DNA of 53,438 nucleotides, filler included, from Bipalium vagum (lineage: Eukaryota), in the NCBI GenBank assembly GCA_037834085.1. It is 3 parts of 3 records of this genome, joined end to end, with 100 filler letters (N's around TTAATTAATTAA, not from the genome) between each part and the next. Parts side by side here need not be neighbours in the genome. Positions count along the whole stretch, not along the records: positions 16,732 to 37,352 come from JBBMKC010249279.1; 2 more parts are not named here. One strand, given 5' to 3'. Both the position numbers and the translations under genes were made by a program. How positions within the stretch are numbered: position 1 is the first letter of the stretch; each line of letters begins with the position of its first letter. The notes under the pieces are model-generated. The model was not told the origin of the DNA, made no database searches, and saw nothing but the letters and a program-made list of their open reading frames with translations. Below are positions 23,950 through 35,626 of the stretch, one piece after another.

Positions 23950-25070
23950 CTGAAATTATAATTAAAATCATTTACACAAAGTCCTAATGAAAATTTTAAT
24001 TAATATTAAATCTCTTTAAATTAGTCTTTACGGAAAATATTTAAAATTATCTATTAATGTTGTTATGTTTAAAACAACTCAGTTTATAATTTACCTGAAT
24101 AATTTTCAAAATAGTTTTATAAATATATTTTATTAGTGTTTTATGTAATATTCTGAACTTTAAATTTGACCAAATTAAATAAAAATTTTAAACTTAAATT
24201 ATTTTTCTAAATAGTAAATTAAAATATTAATGAATGTAGTTTGATTTTTTCAATTTCAAAATATTTTCAATTTAATAATTTTTCAAAGTTAAATGAAATT
24301 TGATATCTTTTTTATAATATTTTAATACGTTTTTTTTATTTTCTTATATAAAAACCTTTTTTAAAATTATGTGATCAATTTATGAAAAACATTCTGATGA
24401 TAAGAGTTTATCTTAAATGAATTAATGAAAAATTCAAATTGAGATAGTTATGAGCAACTTGGTGAATTGATAGAGCTTATCTGGAATTTCGAGCATTAGT
24501 CATAATGAATTACTATTAAAAGTTTGCATGATCTTTTCTTGTAAAAAAAACTCAAATGTTCTGAAGTGCTATTTTCGTATGTATGACTATCATCTTTTGA
24601 ATTAAAACATGAAGATTCAAATCTATATTCTCTAGCACACCCCGACTTTTTACAACCTATTTTTAAATCTTGTATCTTTCTTTTATTTTTCATGTATCAA
24701 TTTAAATTATTTTTATCTCACTTTTTAAAGAGTAATAAAAAAATCATATAAGAACATATAAACGAAAAAGTGAGATAAAATTATAATATATTTAAGATTG
24801 ATAATATTTCAATAATATTAATAGATGAATAAAGTTTATATTGAAATTTAGTATTGGTGTCAGATAGCAACGTTTAAAAGATAAAATGAGAAAGTCAATT
24901 ATAGCATTCAATAATACAGTTCTCATAAAAAATCTGTTCATCTCATATATTGGGTTTGCCAAAGGCACAAAACCCGAAGTTGTTCAGTAAAAAATATTAT
25001 TATTATTAATTAAAAACTTTTCTAATACTAAAAAAATATTACCAAAAAGAAATATATGGTAGTAATAAGT

Positions 25071-25180
25071 TATTAGGTTGGAATTATGTCTCGTCGTGAG
25101 GAAAATAAATTATGTTTATTTTATTTTTTCTAACTTTATCTTGGCATGGAGATAAAGTTAGAATTAATGGGATACTGAAG
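25071..25180 (+). repeat. Dispersed repeat with hairpin and mariner-like end; related copy at ~50915-51015 (minus)
   Basis: Starts TATTAGGTTGG; 14-bp IR at 25128-25163. TTTATCT-GGCATG-AGATAAAGTTAGAATTAATGGG and TGTCYCGTCGT are shared with the reverse complement of the second copy. Confidence 0.65.
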
Positions 25181-25911
25181 GAAAAAATCGTCTCAAAGCG
25201 TAGATATTGATGATCGTAGACAAATATCTACTACTATATGCTAATTCCAAAACGCCGCCCAGTCAAATAAAATAGTGTGAGAAGAATTATTACGAATTTT
25301 GAAAGAAGCATTTTGCAGAGATTATTACAAACCGATATTGATTTTCAAGAAAGAATAATATTTGCAGAGGTTATTCAGATTTTTATTTTTATGAAGACAA
25401 TGCAAGAGAATTTTACAATGGGACTCAGTGAGCTTGGGAATCCATAGGTAACCTGAAAAAGACCTTGAAGACGACCCAGGGACCCATTTCGCTCCGGGTG
25501 ATGATACTTTCGATTTTGTTTTGTTTTTAAAATTTATTTTGATCTTTAATCTCCAATATAAATTTCATTAAAATTTTTATTGTATTTAATTTTGCTTTGA
25601 ATTATTCATTTCTTTTTGACTTGACGATTTTTAGAGAGTTGATAAGAAATCCGGTTCAGACATTTGAACAATTCTGATTTTCAGACCTTTGAGTGATTTT
25701 GATTTTCTCATTGGATTGTGATTAAGTCACGAATGTAAAAAGTTGTTTTGAAGTATTTAATAAAGTTTTATTGTGATTATTTTGATTCAATTTTGAGTGT
25801 AAATAAGGTTTTATTTTGGGGGTTTTGATTCAATTGAGTGTAGCTATAATAATAAAACGAAGAAAACATTGGATAATGATGAGCTTATTGATTTCGAGCG
25901 TACGTTACATA

Positions 25912-26920
25912 CACTGTTTTCACCTCTACCTTGACAGCGTAAAGGTTATTTTTGATAATGTAAAGTTCTATTTTGGCAATGTAAAGTTTAATTTTGACAT
26001 TGTAAAATTCTATTTTGATAAAATGTTAATTACAAGAGGTTTATGTTCATAACGTTAAAAATTCAATTAAAAATACATTTATTCATTAATAATTTCCTTG
26101 TTCAAACATCTTGTAATGAATGAGGCCATATTGCTATAGAAACCGGAATAATAATTATTAAGTAATAAATTAAAATTAATAATTATCAAGTAATAAGCCT
26201 TGATCAATTATTGATAAATTCCACGAAAGATTCTTTATTTTCTGATCCCTCTCTTCGTACAAATTCTTTCCGTTTTGAAAATACAGGTGAGTATGGAGGT
26301 AAAAATAATAAACTGATACCGTTTTCCTCTATGAATTTCCTTATTCTTGTAGTTGTTTGGAAAAGAATATTGTTCATTATTAAAACCTATTTCGTATAAA
26401 TATTTTTTAAGCAAAGCTATTAGATTTTCTATATATTTAAAATGAAGGGTTTGAGCAGCGTAATACAAAATAAAGATTTCATATACATTATACAGTAAAG
26501 ATTGGACAACCTGAATGTTTTTTTCTCTAAAAGATCGATTTCTCTCTTAGGTCTCATGCTTACATTAAAGCCAACTTCGTCAATAAAAAATACGTTACTT
26601 TCAGAAACTTGAGAAAACAATTTAATAAATTCTTATGTATTGCAAAAATAAAAATATTTTTTTGTGCATTGTATATTGGATGCATCATTTCCTCTTTCTA
26701 GAATATTATGCACTCGTTTCAAGGTATAATTAAAATATGATATAACATTGTTGATTGTAGTCTTTGAAAGCGTTACATTGAATTCTTCCTTACATTTTTC
26801 AGCAATGTTTGTTAGAGATTGAACCGTCTTCAACAATCCATTCTTTAATAAAATTTTGCTGTTCAGCCGATAATCTTGTCAAATTAAACTTTACAATGCC
26901 GAATAGAGGTGAAAACGGTG
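25912..26920 (-). mobile_element. IS630-like Tc1/mariner-superfamily element, internally deleted
   Basis: TIRs CAC(T/C)GTTTTCACCTCTA with TA on both sides and 21-bp subterminal repeats. Minus-strand EEFNVTLSKTTI...YTLKRV, FFIDEVGFNVSMR and LFLPPYSP, with frameshifts. Confidence 0.88.
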
Positions 26921-27108
26921 TAATTCAGTTTAGAGATAATAGTAACTTATAAAAATACAAATTGTAATATGTATATTTATAGTTAGTTTAAAAGAATTGT
27001 TTAAATATTTAGTTACTTATAAACTATTTTAAAAAATTGAGTTATTATGATAAATTTTTTAATATATATGCATAAAGTAATATAAAATTACATATTTAAA
27101 AGAAATAT

Positions 27109-27770
27109 AATGGATAGAAAATTGCCAAAATTTCTAAGAAATTTTATAATTGTATTAAGAAAAAATTAGAAATTGTGATAAGAAATAGGTCGTGAATTAA
27201 GGGTTAAGTATAGAAAGACTGTGACAAAGCGTGGAAAGCAATATCGGTGGAAGAAATAAGCGAAAACTGTATCCATGCTAAATAAGATGACAGTTGGCAG
27301 GCCACTCATTGTGTCATCACAAGCTTTACGGGCTATAAAACGCACTTATATAAGCAATCGCTTGTTATCTGTGGATAAAATAACTTACTTAAAATACTAA
27401 TGCTGCCCAACGTGTTTCTGCTAGAATTGTTCACAGAATTCTCAAAAAGTACGGTTGACAACCTATTCAGTAATTCAGAAGCCATTTATAAAAGTAAATA
27501 AACATTTGAAAAGAGTTGCCTGTACCAAGGCTTATAGCAACTGGTTGCAGATAAATGAGAAGCTGTTGTATTTACAGACGAGTGCATATTTCAATCATAT
27601 TCGTCCTCAATTAAATTATTGATTCGAAGAACCTCAGATGAAAGGTCCAATCCTACATTTTTCCTACCAGTTATGCAATATGACACATACATGTATGGGC
27701 TGCCTCAAAAGTAATGTAGTTGGACTTTTAAAACGAATCAATAGTAATATGGAAGTGAAGAGAATTTTTC
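27109..27770 (+). mobile_element. Tc1-like transposase remnant
   Basis: AVVFTDECIFQ and HVWAA motifs, many stops and frameshifts. Confidence 0.65.
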
Positions 27771-27991
27771 GAGGACTAATAGTAATAACTATAATAAAAG
27801 TAATAATTCGAGAATTAATTAATTAAAAAAATTATTAATTGATAAAAATTGGATAAAAATCACGATCAATGCTTTTTTTACCTAAAAGTAACAAGGTTTT
27901 TTTCTGACCTACAAAATTATCAATGTTTTTTTAACCTGATATAAAAAACGAATGTCAATAATAACAAGAAAGATAAAATTGTCAACCAACA

Positions 27992-28410
27992 ATTAAATTT
28001 TTATTAACAAATTCATAGTTTCTTCAAAGCTATCATGGTATGGTAACCACATAAATTCTTGAAGAAAGTCACCTCTGATGTGATTATATGCAGGTTTCAG
28101 CCTTTCTTTGATCTTGTTGTTGCAGCTTTCGACGTTCTGAGTGTGGAAATTGCGGTCATAATCAACAAACTGATAATTATGACAAACCGATTCATATATA
28201 CATGTTTGTTTAAATCACGATATACTCTTGCCTCATCAGTATATATTGTGTTGCCTTGTCTAACTATTCTTTATATGATTTGAAAGATAATTTTTTTCAT
28301 ACTAAAATTTATACTAAGCATTTCTTAGATGAGCACTTTTCTGGATGAGCTTTAGCTTTATGGTTTAACATCTTTTCATCAACTAAACTATTTTATTTGA
28401 ACCACCTAAC
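27992..28410 (-). mobile_element. Merlin (IS1016/ISXO2-like) transposase remnant
   Basis: LGGSNKIV..DE, TIYTDEARVYRDL, VCHNYQFV, HTQNVES and FLQEFMW. Confidence 0.85.
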
Positions 28411-30382
28411 AAGATAGGATTTTTATCAAAATATTTTTTTATATTTTTTATTAGTTTTTCTCGAAATTTGATAATAACTGATCTATAAATGTATATATGA
28501 AATAATATTTTATGGATTAATATTTTATTATATATGAAAACATTTTATAATATCGAATTGTTGAGTACATTATTGAATGCATCATTTGAAAAAATATAAA
28601 ATATTATAAAATAATCTTAATATAAGTTTAATTTATGCAATGTATTTATATTGCAATAGATCAAAAAACACTGTTTAAAATCAGTTTCATAATTTTTACA
28701 CATTATTTAATTCAAGAATATCAGACTTTATTAATATATTAAAAGACCAATACTTAAACTCTAATCCAAATTATGATAATCTGTGTTTATTTTGAATATT
28801 TATTATTTGTTTTCGCTTATTGGTTTTATTATTCAAATAAATATTAACCAATTTTCCTGACTTCAAATTAAAAAATAATGGTCCGTTCGAATAAATAAAT
28901 CAATCGTAATAGAAATCAATTTATTTACAGCTAAACTAACATAACAATAATAATAATAATGTTCAATTCAGTTCTTTGTTTACCTTTTCTTTTCGGCGTC
29001 ACTGTCTCTCTGTCGTTTTGTTTCTCCTAGTTTAACTCTATTTTTTATTCTCTTTTGGTTCACTGTCTTGTTTTTCGTTCGTTTCTGTTATCGGTTTTGT
29101 TCTCGGTTTAACTGTAAAGTTTTTCTGATTGTGGAGAAACTGGTAGTTTCTTAAAACTACTTACTGTATATACTCTCCAATTTTCCTCCACGGACTAATC
29201 ATTAATTACAACAGGGATATTTTCCTTCTTCTGGCTTTTCCTACACAGAAACCCGGAATTTTGAATTATCCAGCTCAATCTGTCCTTAGTCGCCTGAGCT
29301 GAATAATTGACTGCAGCTGTTCTCAATGGTAAGCTCACAAGCTCTTTATCTTTGCGTGGTCCATTCGTTTCCAGTTTCAATTAGAATAATGTTAATTCCA
29401 GAGCTTTAATTATTCAGTTCGAGCCAAATCTGTTCGCTCGAGCTAATTAATTAAATGGCTTAGGTTTCCAAAAAATCCTCAATTATAAAATAAATATTTA
29501 TTTTTTAAAATGAAAAGGTGGTATTACAATTTACCATTTTTTATAATTTTATTATTATTATGATTATAATATTAACACCGAAGCAGGACACACAAACATG
29601 TCTCACCGTTCCGAACGAATATATCCGGCTGCTGGACTCCCTGCCACTCTCCAAGTTACAAACACCACTACACGCAAAACGCAATAATAATAATAATTTA
29701 TTACCTGAATATTCTCTCGTAGAGACTACGGTAGACCAAATTAGAGTCGGAATGGTAATTCGGAAATTATTCTGTTAAAAAATAGAGATTGGTGGTTGTC
29801 AAGAATATTCAAGATATTATTAATATATTTATATTAATATTTATTAATATTTAATTATTATAAGGGAAATATAAAATTTAATTTTAAACCAATCATTATA
29901 ATACAGTAATAATTTTTCATTTTTCGATTATATTATGTGTTTAACTTCTTCCTTTCTTTAATAAGTATTAATAACAAGTTTCTAATAATATGAATTTAAA
30001 AATATGAAATTATGTGAAGATTAATTAAGATTAAATTACTTGAAGTTATGTAAATTTGAATTATTTGAAATTATGTACCGTTTTTGATTTAATAAATATT
30101 ATTTAAGCAAATATCTAAAAATATGAAAAAGGGCTTTTGGTTGCCCTAATAATAAGTATACCGTAATGAGAATATCCGAACTCTCACAATATTAGTATTT
30201 TACAAAAATATAATAAAAATTCGGTTAGGAGTAATAATATTTTTGAGAATAAAATATTTCGTTATGAAGATACGGAAAGAAAATGCTGAAAAATCTTTTT
30301 TTGTGAATTTTTTAAGTGGTAATAATTAAATTTCATGAAAATTATGAATCATTATGAAAATAGTAACTATTAATATAAATAA

Positions 30383-30900
30383 AGGGTGAACACATTAAAA
30401 TTGGGCCACATAAAAGTCATTTTTTAAAAACTCTTAGGTTTATTATTTTAAAACCTTTTTTCACAACAACATATTAAGCGCTTACTTAACAACTAAAAAA
30501 TTAATTAGTTGAAGTACATATCGAACTTTCGGCGTGGTCACATCAGCTTTTACGTAGATGATTTATTAACTATTTTGAAGCAACAATGTCACTTGGATTG
30601 AAGCTGCCCATGGTTTATATCTCATGATCGGTTTTCATTAGTAAATCTTTCACCATTGACCAATATAGCTCAATAGGTCGAAGTTCTGGACTAATTAATT
30701 GGATTATAATCTCTATGAACAAAATTGACTTGTTTTTTATTGTACAATTTTAATGTTATTTACGTAGTGACATTTTGCTAAGCCTGACCAAAATAAAGAT
30801 TTCAGTTGATGTTTTCTTGTCAAAAATACATTTAGCTATTTATTGTTTCAGTTGTCTTGGATAAATAAATCTTAGTTTTTTAACATGTATGTCATTAAAA
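30383..30900. mobile_element. Unclassified Tc1/mariner-type remnant
   Basis: TIR-like start TA+AAGGGTGAACACATTAAAATTGGGCCA; interior too decayed to classify; right end approximate. Confidence 0.3.
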
Positions 30901-31054
30901 ATTTTTTATACAACGGTATATAAAGGAGAATTTTATTCGTTTCATAATTTTATGGTTATCAGAGACAATTGCCGTAGAAGTAATCTTGACTGGAGTCATA
31001 AAAACTATTAACATTTATTATTTCATCATAATATATAAATTCGTAATAAGAATT

Positions 31055-32913
31055 TTACACTATTTCACTCCACTCACAGTCAACAAGAGCTTTGCTCGTT
31101 TGACTATAAGTATTGTTCAGTTTGTATAACATGGAATTGACTTCTTTGAAATTTTTGTAGAAACCTGATTTTTCCAATTCCATTATATCATTAGACTTAT
31201 TCCATTGTATCCAGCTGTTGTTGAAATAATCTGTGAAATCCAACGGCTTAAGAGTTCGACATAAGTTGAAATTATCAATGATAAGCTTGGTTTTGGTCGT
31301 GTTCATATCGTAGTCATTGTTGGAGATCTGTTTCAGAGAACGGTAATTGTAGCTATTTTTCATTTTGTAACGGTTATTTTGAAACCATATTTTAATCTGT
31401 TCCGGACTAAGATTGGTCGAAATTGACAGAGCCTCTCGTTCTGAAGCCGAAATATAGTTCTTTTTGTTGAAATACTGTCTTAGAATTGATGTTTGTGACT
31501 TAGAGAACAGGTTTCGTTGCTTTTTCTTTGTATTAGACATTTCTGAAGAATAATCGATATGCTTTTTGAAGTCATTAACCGTGATTTCCAGATCTTCACC
31601 TTTCTGAAGTTCTTGAGTTTTGAGTACATCAGATAAATGACACTCAATGTTCAATATATTACCATCAACGGGATCACCTTAAACATATAAAATTATGCTA
31701 AATTTGTGAACAAAAAGTTTTGAAATGAATCAAATTAAACTACTTACTAACCTATATTATAAAGGTAACTTGTATGTGTGGAAATATATATTAAAAGGAA
31801 AGAGAAGTTCATTGTATTCTTATATCGTCTGTAAGGAAACATCTCTTTTAAGAATTTCAAAGGACAGCTGAGGCGTTTATTATTAGCCAAGTGTAATCAA
31901 AGATTTAAAGACAAACTTCAGTAATTGGCAATTTTACTTCTTACAGAACTGTGGGACTTGCTTATGAACGATTTAGAATAATTAGAACCGTAAATACAAT
32001 ACGAATAATTGATATGTTATTTACTATCATCAGATGATCCATTGGCAATTATCCTTTGAAAAACGAGAGATTAGTTCCGGGTTAAATAGGTTATGTTTGA
32101 GCAGAGCATAATTTTCGTTTAATTAGGTACAACTTTCTCCCAAAATCAAAAATCAGTCGATTAATTCCTAAATGTACAGAATGCTTTATATTTATTATTT
32201 AATGCCAAATACAAACGTTAAGTGCTGAAGAACAATTTAATACAAAAATATTCAAATTAATATATTAAATTGAAGTGCCAATCATAATTCTTAAGTTTTT
32301 AATAATTATGCCATTTTCCATTATTTTGTTTAAACAGAAAATAAATTTGAGAATAATAAAAAATAAAATAACATAATCTGGATCTTTGAAACTAAAATTT
32401 AATCAATATTTTAATTTATAATCTAAAGAAAAATTTTTAATTTTAATTTTAATTTAATTTTAATATTAATTTAATTTTAATTTTAATATAATTTTTAATA
32501 TTAATTTAATTATAAATTTGAGGGTAATAAACAAATCTGGATCTTTGAAACAATTTATTTAATATTTTAATTTATTATTTAAAGAAAATTTAATAATTTT
32601 AAGTATTTATGACAACTTGAAGATCTAAAATTATATATTTAGTATTTTAATATGGTAAGTATAAAATTATTGATTTTCAAACATTCGCGCTACGATTTAT
32701 CTCATGAAAGAAAACTTTTTGAAGGTAAAATAAAATAAATTGTCATTATATATATTTAAATGTTTGTTAATATTATTTTATTTTTATTAATATATACATA
32801 ATATAATAGAAAGTAGACACCAGGTCCATTCTCAAAGTAAAAATAAGATACTTACCAACATTTCTTTCACCCCTCTTATTTAAAATTGCATCAACCGTAA
32901 AGGATAAGTTCAT
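31055..32913 (-). CDS. NK2-class homeobox transcription factor (226 aa, 2 exons)
   Basis: Exon 1 32913-32856: MNLSFTVDAILNK (TN/eh1 motif), donor G|GTAAGT. Exon 2 31677-31055 in matching phase. Homeodomain KKKQRNLFSKSQ...YISASERE...QIKIWFQNNRYKMK with the NK-diagnostic Tyr54. Confidence 0.93.
32343..32600. repeat. Imperfect local duplication in the homeobox intron
   Basis: AAATTTGAG...AATCTGGATCTTTGAAAC...AATATTTTAATTTAT...AAAGAAAA occurs twice, ~160-170 nt apart. Confidence 0.75.
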
Positions 32914-33707
32914 ACTTTCTGTAAAAAATATTTGTTTGAAATAAAAATATTTTACATCAAATCGCGTTATAATGTTAAAATTGATATATTTTTTCATTGG
33001 TTAATTTTCCTAAGACATTTTACATCAAAGTTTTCATTTGACCATAGAAAAGGAGGTTGGTGTGCACTCCTTTTTAACAATTGAACATGATTATAATGAT
33101 GATAAATAATAATTTGGATCAACATTATTTGAAAAATTTGAAAAATTATTTTAACAGGAATTCTACTATTGAATTATTTTTATTTTACTTTAATAATTGA
33201 GCGAATTTTTATTTGCTAAAGAAAGTTTTCCAGTTTAACCACTGCATCTTGAATTTTTTGAATGGAACACATTTTCTACAGATATCATGATTATGATAAT
33301 CAAGAAAGGTTGGGACAATAATAAAGCTGAACGTAAAGGTTACTTTACTGTAGAAAACCAATCACAAATAATATTAGATTAATATGTTATATTTTTTATA
33401 TTAATAGTCATTTTAATTTCTCCGTTACTTGCAGATTTTATTAAAATTAACGAATCAATCATTTTTTTCAGTAAAATTTTATATACAGTAAAATTTTGTA
33501 TTCATTTCTAATATAGAAAATAGTACAGCCTAATTTTTGTTTCTACGTTTCGATACGTATAAATACGCTCGATATTTATTGCGAACTGGTACATTTGGTA
33601 GGTGTGATTTGACCTTTTCATCATAAAAATGATCTTTTACATTAAAAAATTTGAAATTCACCAGATTATTTGAAGAAAAAATTCATTTCAAATTTTTTCA
33701 GTTTAAA

Positions 33708-34530
33708 ATGAAATTAAATCTCGATAATTTCTGAACCATGATCTAATATGATTTCCGACGAGTATTATCTCAAAAGCACTGCTTCGACCTGGCTAGTTCA
33801 ACTATTTGTGATGAAGCACTGCTCAAAAATAATTGGTTCAGAGAATTTTATAAATTTCTTGACTCTCTGGCAGATGACTATGATGGCTAAGATCAATTCT
33901 GGTGCCAGAAAAACATTGATGCTATACAAGAACTGGTAAAACTTGATCGTCATAGGACTTACTGCGAGTTTCAGACATAATTTGATATTATCATGACTAA
34001 CGTATACTCTATTGCATAAAAATTTGGCTGTGAGAAAATTATGTCCATCAGATCCTGCATAAATTAATGATTGTTCAAAAAGGACTCGTCTTGATCGAAA
34101 GAAATTCTTGAAAAATTCAATTATGGTGCTTCAAAAGCGGTTTACAGTAACATTATCTTAAATATATGCTTATGACCAAGAAAATTCAGAGTATTAGTTT
34201 GTACTGGTCTTCAAAGAGGAGTTAAAGCAAAAGAAAGTCGCTTGTGCCAGAAGTACATCAAAACAAGTGGTAATCTATTTTTACAGAAAAATTGGACGTC
34301 ACAATCTTGAACTTAGAGGTTAATTTTAAATTGTAAACTGGCAATCTGAAGAAATTAGAAAATATTAATTGAAGACGTCGTCTTTTTGCCAAGACGATAC
34401 GTGGTCACTCACTTCACATGAAGAAACTAGCTTTTTGAGCTCTAAAAAAATCGAACCTATGGGTTTCCGGCCTTATATTTTTTATTTGGCTCCTAACAAT
34501 TTCTTTTTTCTCATATGTGAAAAGCAAAAA
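33708..34530 (+). mobile_element. Mariner (DD34D) transposase pseudogene
   Basis: MKLNLDNF*TMI*YDFRR, NWFREF, DRHRTY, RSTSKQV and EPMGFRPYIFYLAPNNFFF (decayed HPPYSPDLAPND). Confidence 0.85.
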
Positions 34531-34629
34531 GTAATTTTTATAAAGATAAATACACAACTTAATTTAGATGCTACCACAATTTGAGGAATTAATTTAAATT
34601 TTTTGCGAAGAAAAAATGCAGAATATTTA

Positions 34630-35170
34630 GTTAATTTAGATGTTCTGCACATGGGAAAATGTTCTATATGCAGCCAACCAATGATAACGAATGGATAATA
34701 TGAAATTATTATGAAGAAAAGATTTATGTCCTAAAACTATATTAATCAAAGCTGAAACGATATTCGCAATTACAAAAATTCAATATTCTTGCATATTTGT
34801 GGCACTCAAAAAGTTGTATATACAAGTAAATGATCATCGAAACTAATTTGTTCATTCAATAAAATATTTTGTGACCTCATTTTAAAATCTTGACATTATG
34901 GAGGTAATGTCATTGGTGATCAATAAATCATCGTAGGGATAGATGAATGCAAATGAAGTACCAGAAAGTACCATGAAAGTCATCATGAAGAAGGAGCTTA
35001 GATACACTTGGTGGTTTAGAGAACTCTAAAGAAAAATTTTCTAGTAAAAATACACGACTGTTCCACGAGAACACTTTAATTCAATTAATAGAAAAGCATG
35101 TCATTCATAGACCTATCACACACAGAGCCATGTAGGAGGGTTGCAGAAAATTAAATAAAGCCCAGAAATT
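34630..35170 (+). mobile_element. Merlin transposase remnant (second family)
   Basis: IIVGIDECK*STRKYHESHHEEGA*I/LGGLE and ENTLIQLIEKHV match the IS1016-like IVEIDESKxGKRKYHRG..VEGxWVxGG motif. Confidence 0.8.
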
Positions 35171-35339
35171 GGGAAAATAGCATAGAAGATCATTTTTTCA
35201 GTCTAAATGGTGAAAGATTAGCAGGAAAAATGTGTGGTTATTTTTCCTAATAGCCTTAAGATCAAAATAACAAAAATCAATCTCATGAAGTGTAGCATTA
35301 AATAAATCCTAAAAATTGACTTCTTATTTGAGTCTGAGT

Positions 35340-35626
35340 GGCTCTTTTTTGTTTAAGGAACGCACTGACTATTGGTTGTTAGTAAGTGCGTTTCTATTGG
35401 TCGCCTATTTATAGATAGAAGTTAGTTCGAGAAAAGCTTGTGGAATTTTAACTTAAATTTAATTTAAAATTAATTTTTAACTTTCTTAGTATGCATTGCT
35501 TAATTTATTTAATATATTAATATAAAATCAAAAAAAAATATTTTAAAAAATTTGCAATGTATCTATAAATAGGCGACCAATAGGAACGAACTGACTATTT
35601 GTTGTTTCCTTAAACAAAAAAGAACC
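35340..35626. mobile_element. MITE with long (~65-78 bp) TIRs starting GG, possibly Merlin-derived
   Basis: GG(C/T)TCTTTTTTGTTTAAGGAA...CTATTGGTCGCCTATTTATAGATA inverted at both ends around an AT-rich core. No clean TSD. Confidence 0.8.

Noticed and set aside
25390-25500. PKN first exon or gypsy RT-RNaseH linker fragment
   Set aside because: The minus-strand ATG frame ends in phase 2, not the required phase 0; the gypsy resemblance is too short to support.
25926-26030. CRISPR-like array, or ORF 25816-26052 as a repeat protein
   Set aside because: Head-to-tail 21-bp units with no spacers, belonging to a transposon end in a eukaryotic context.
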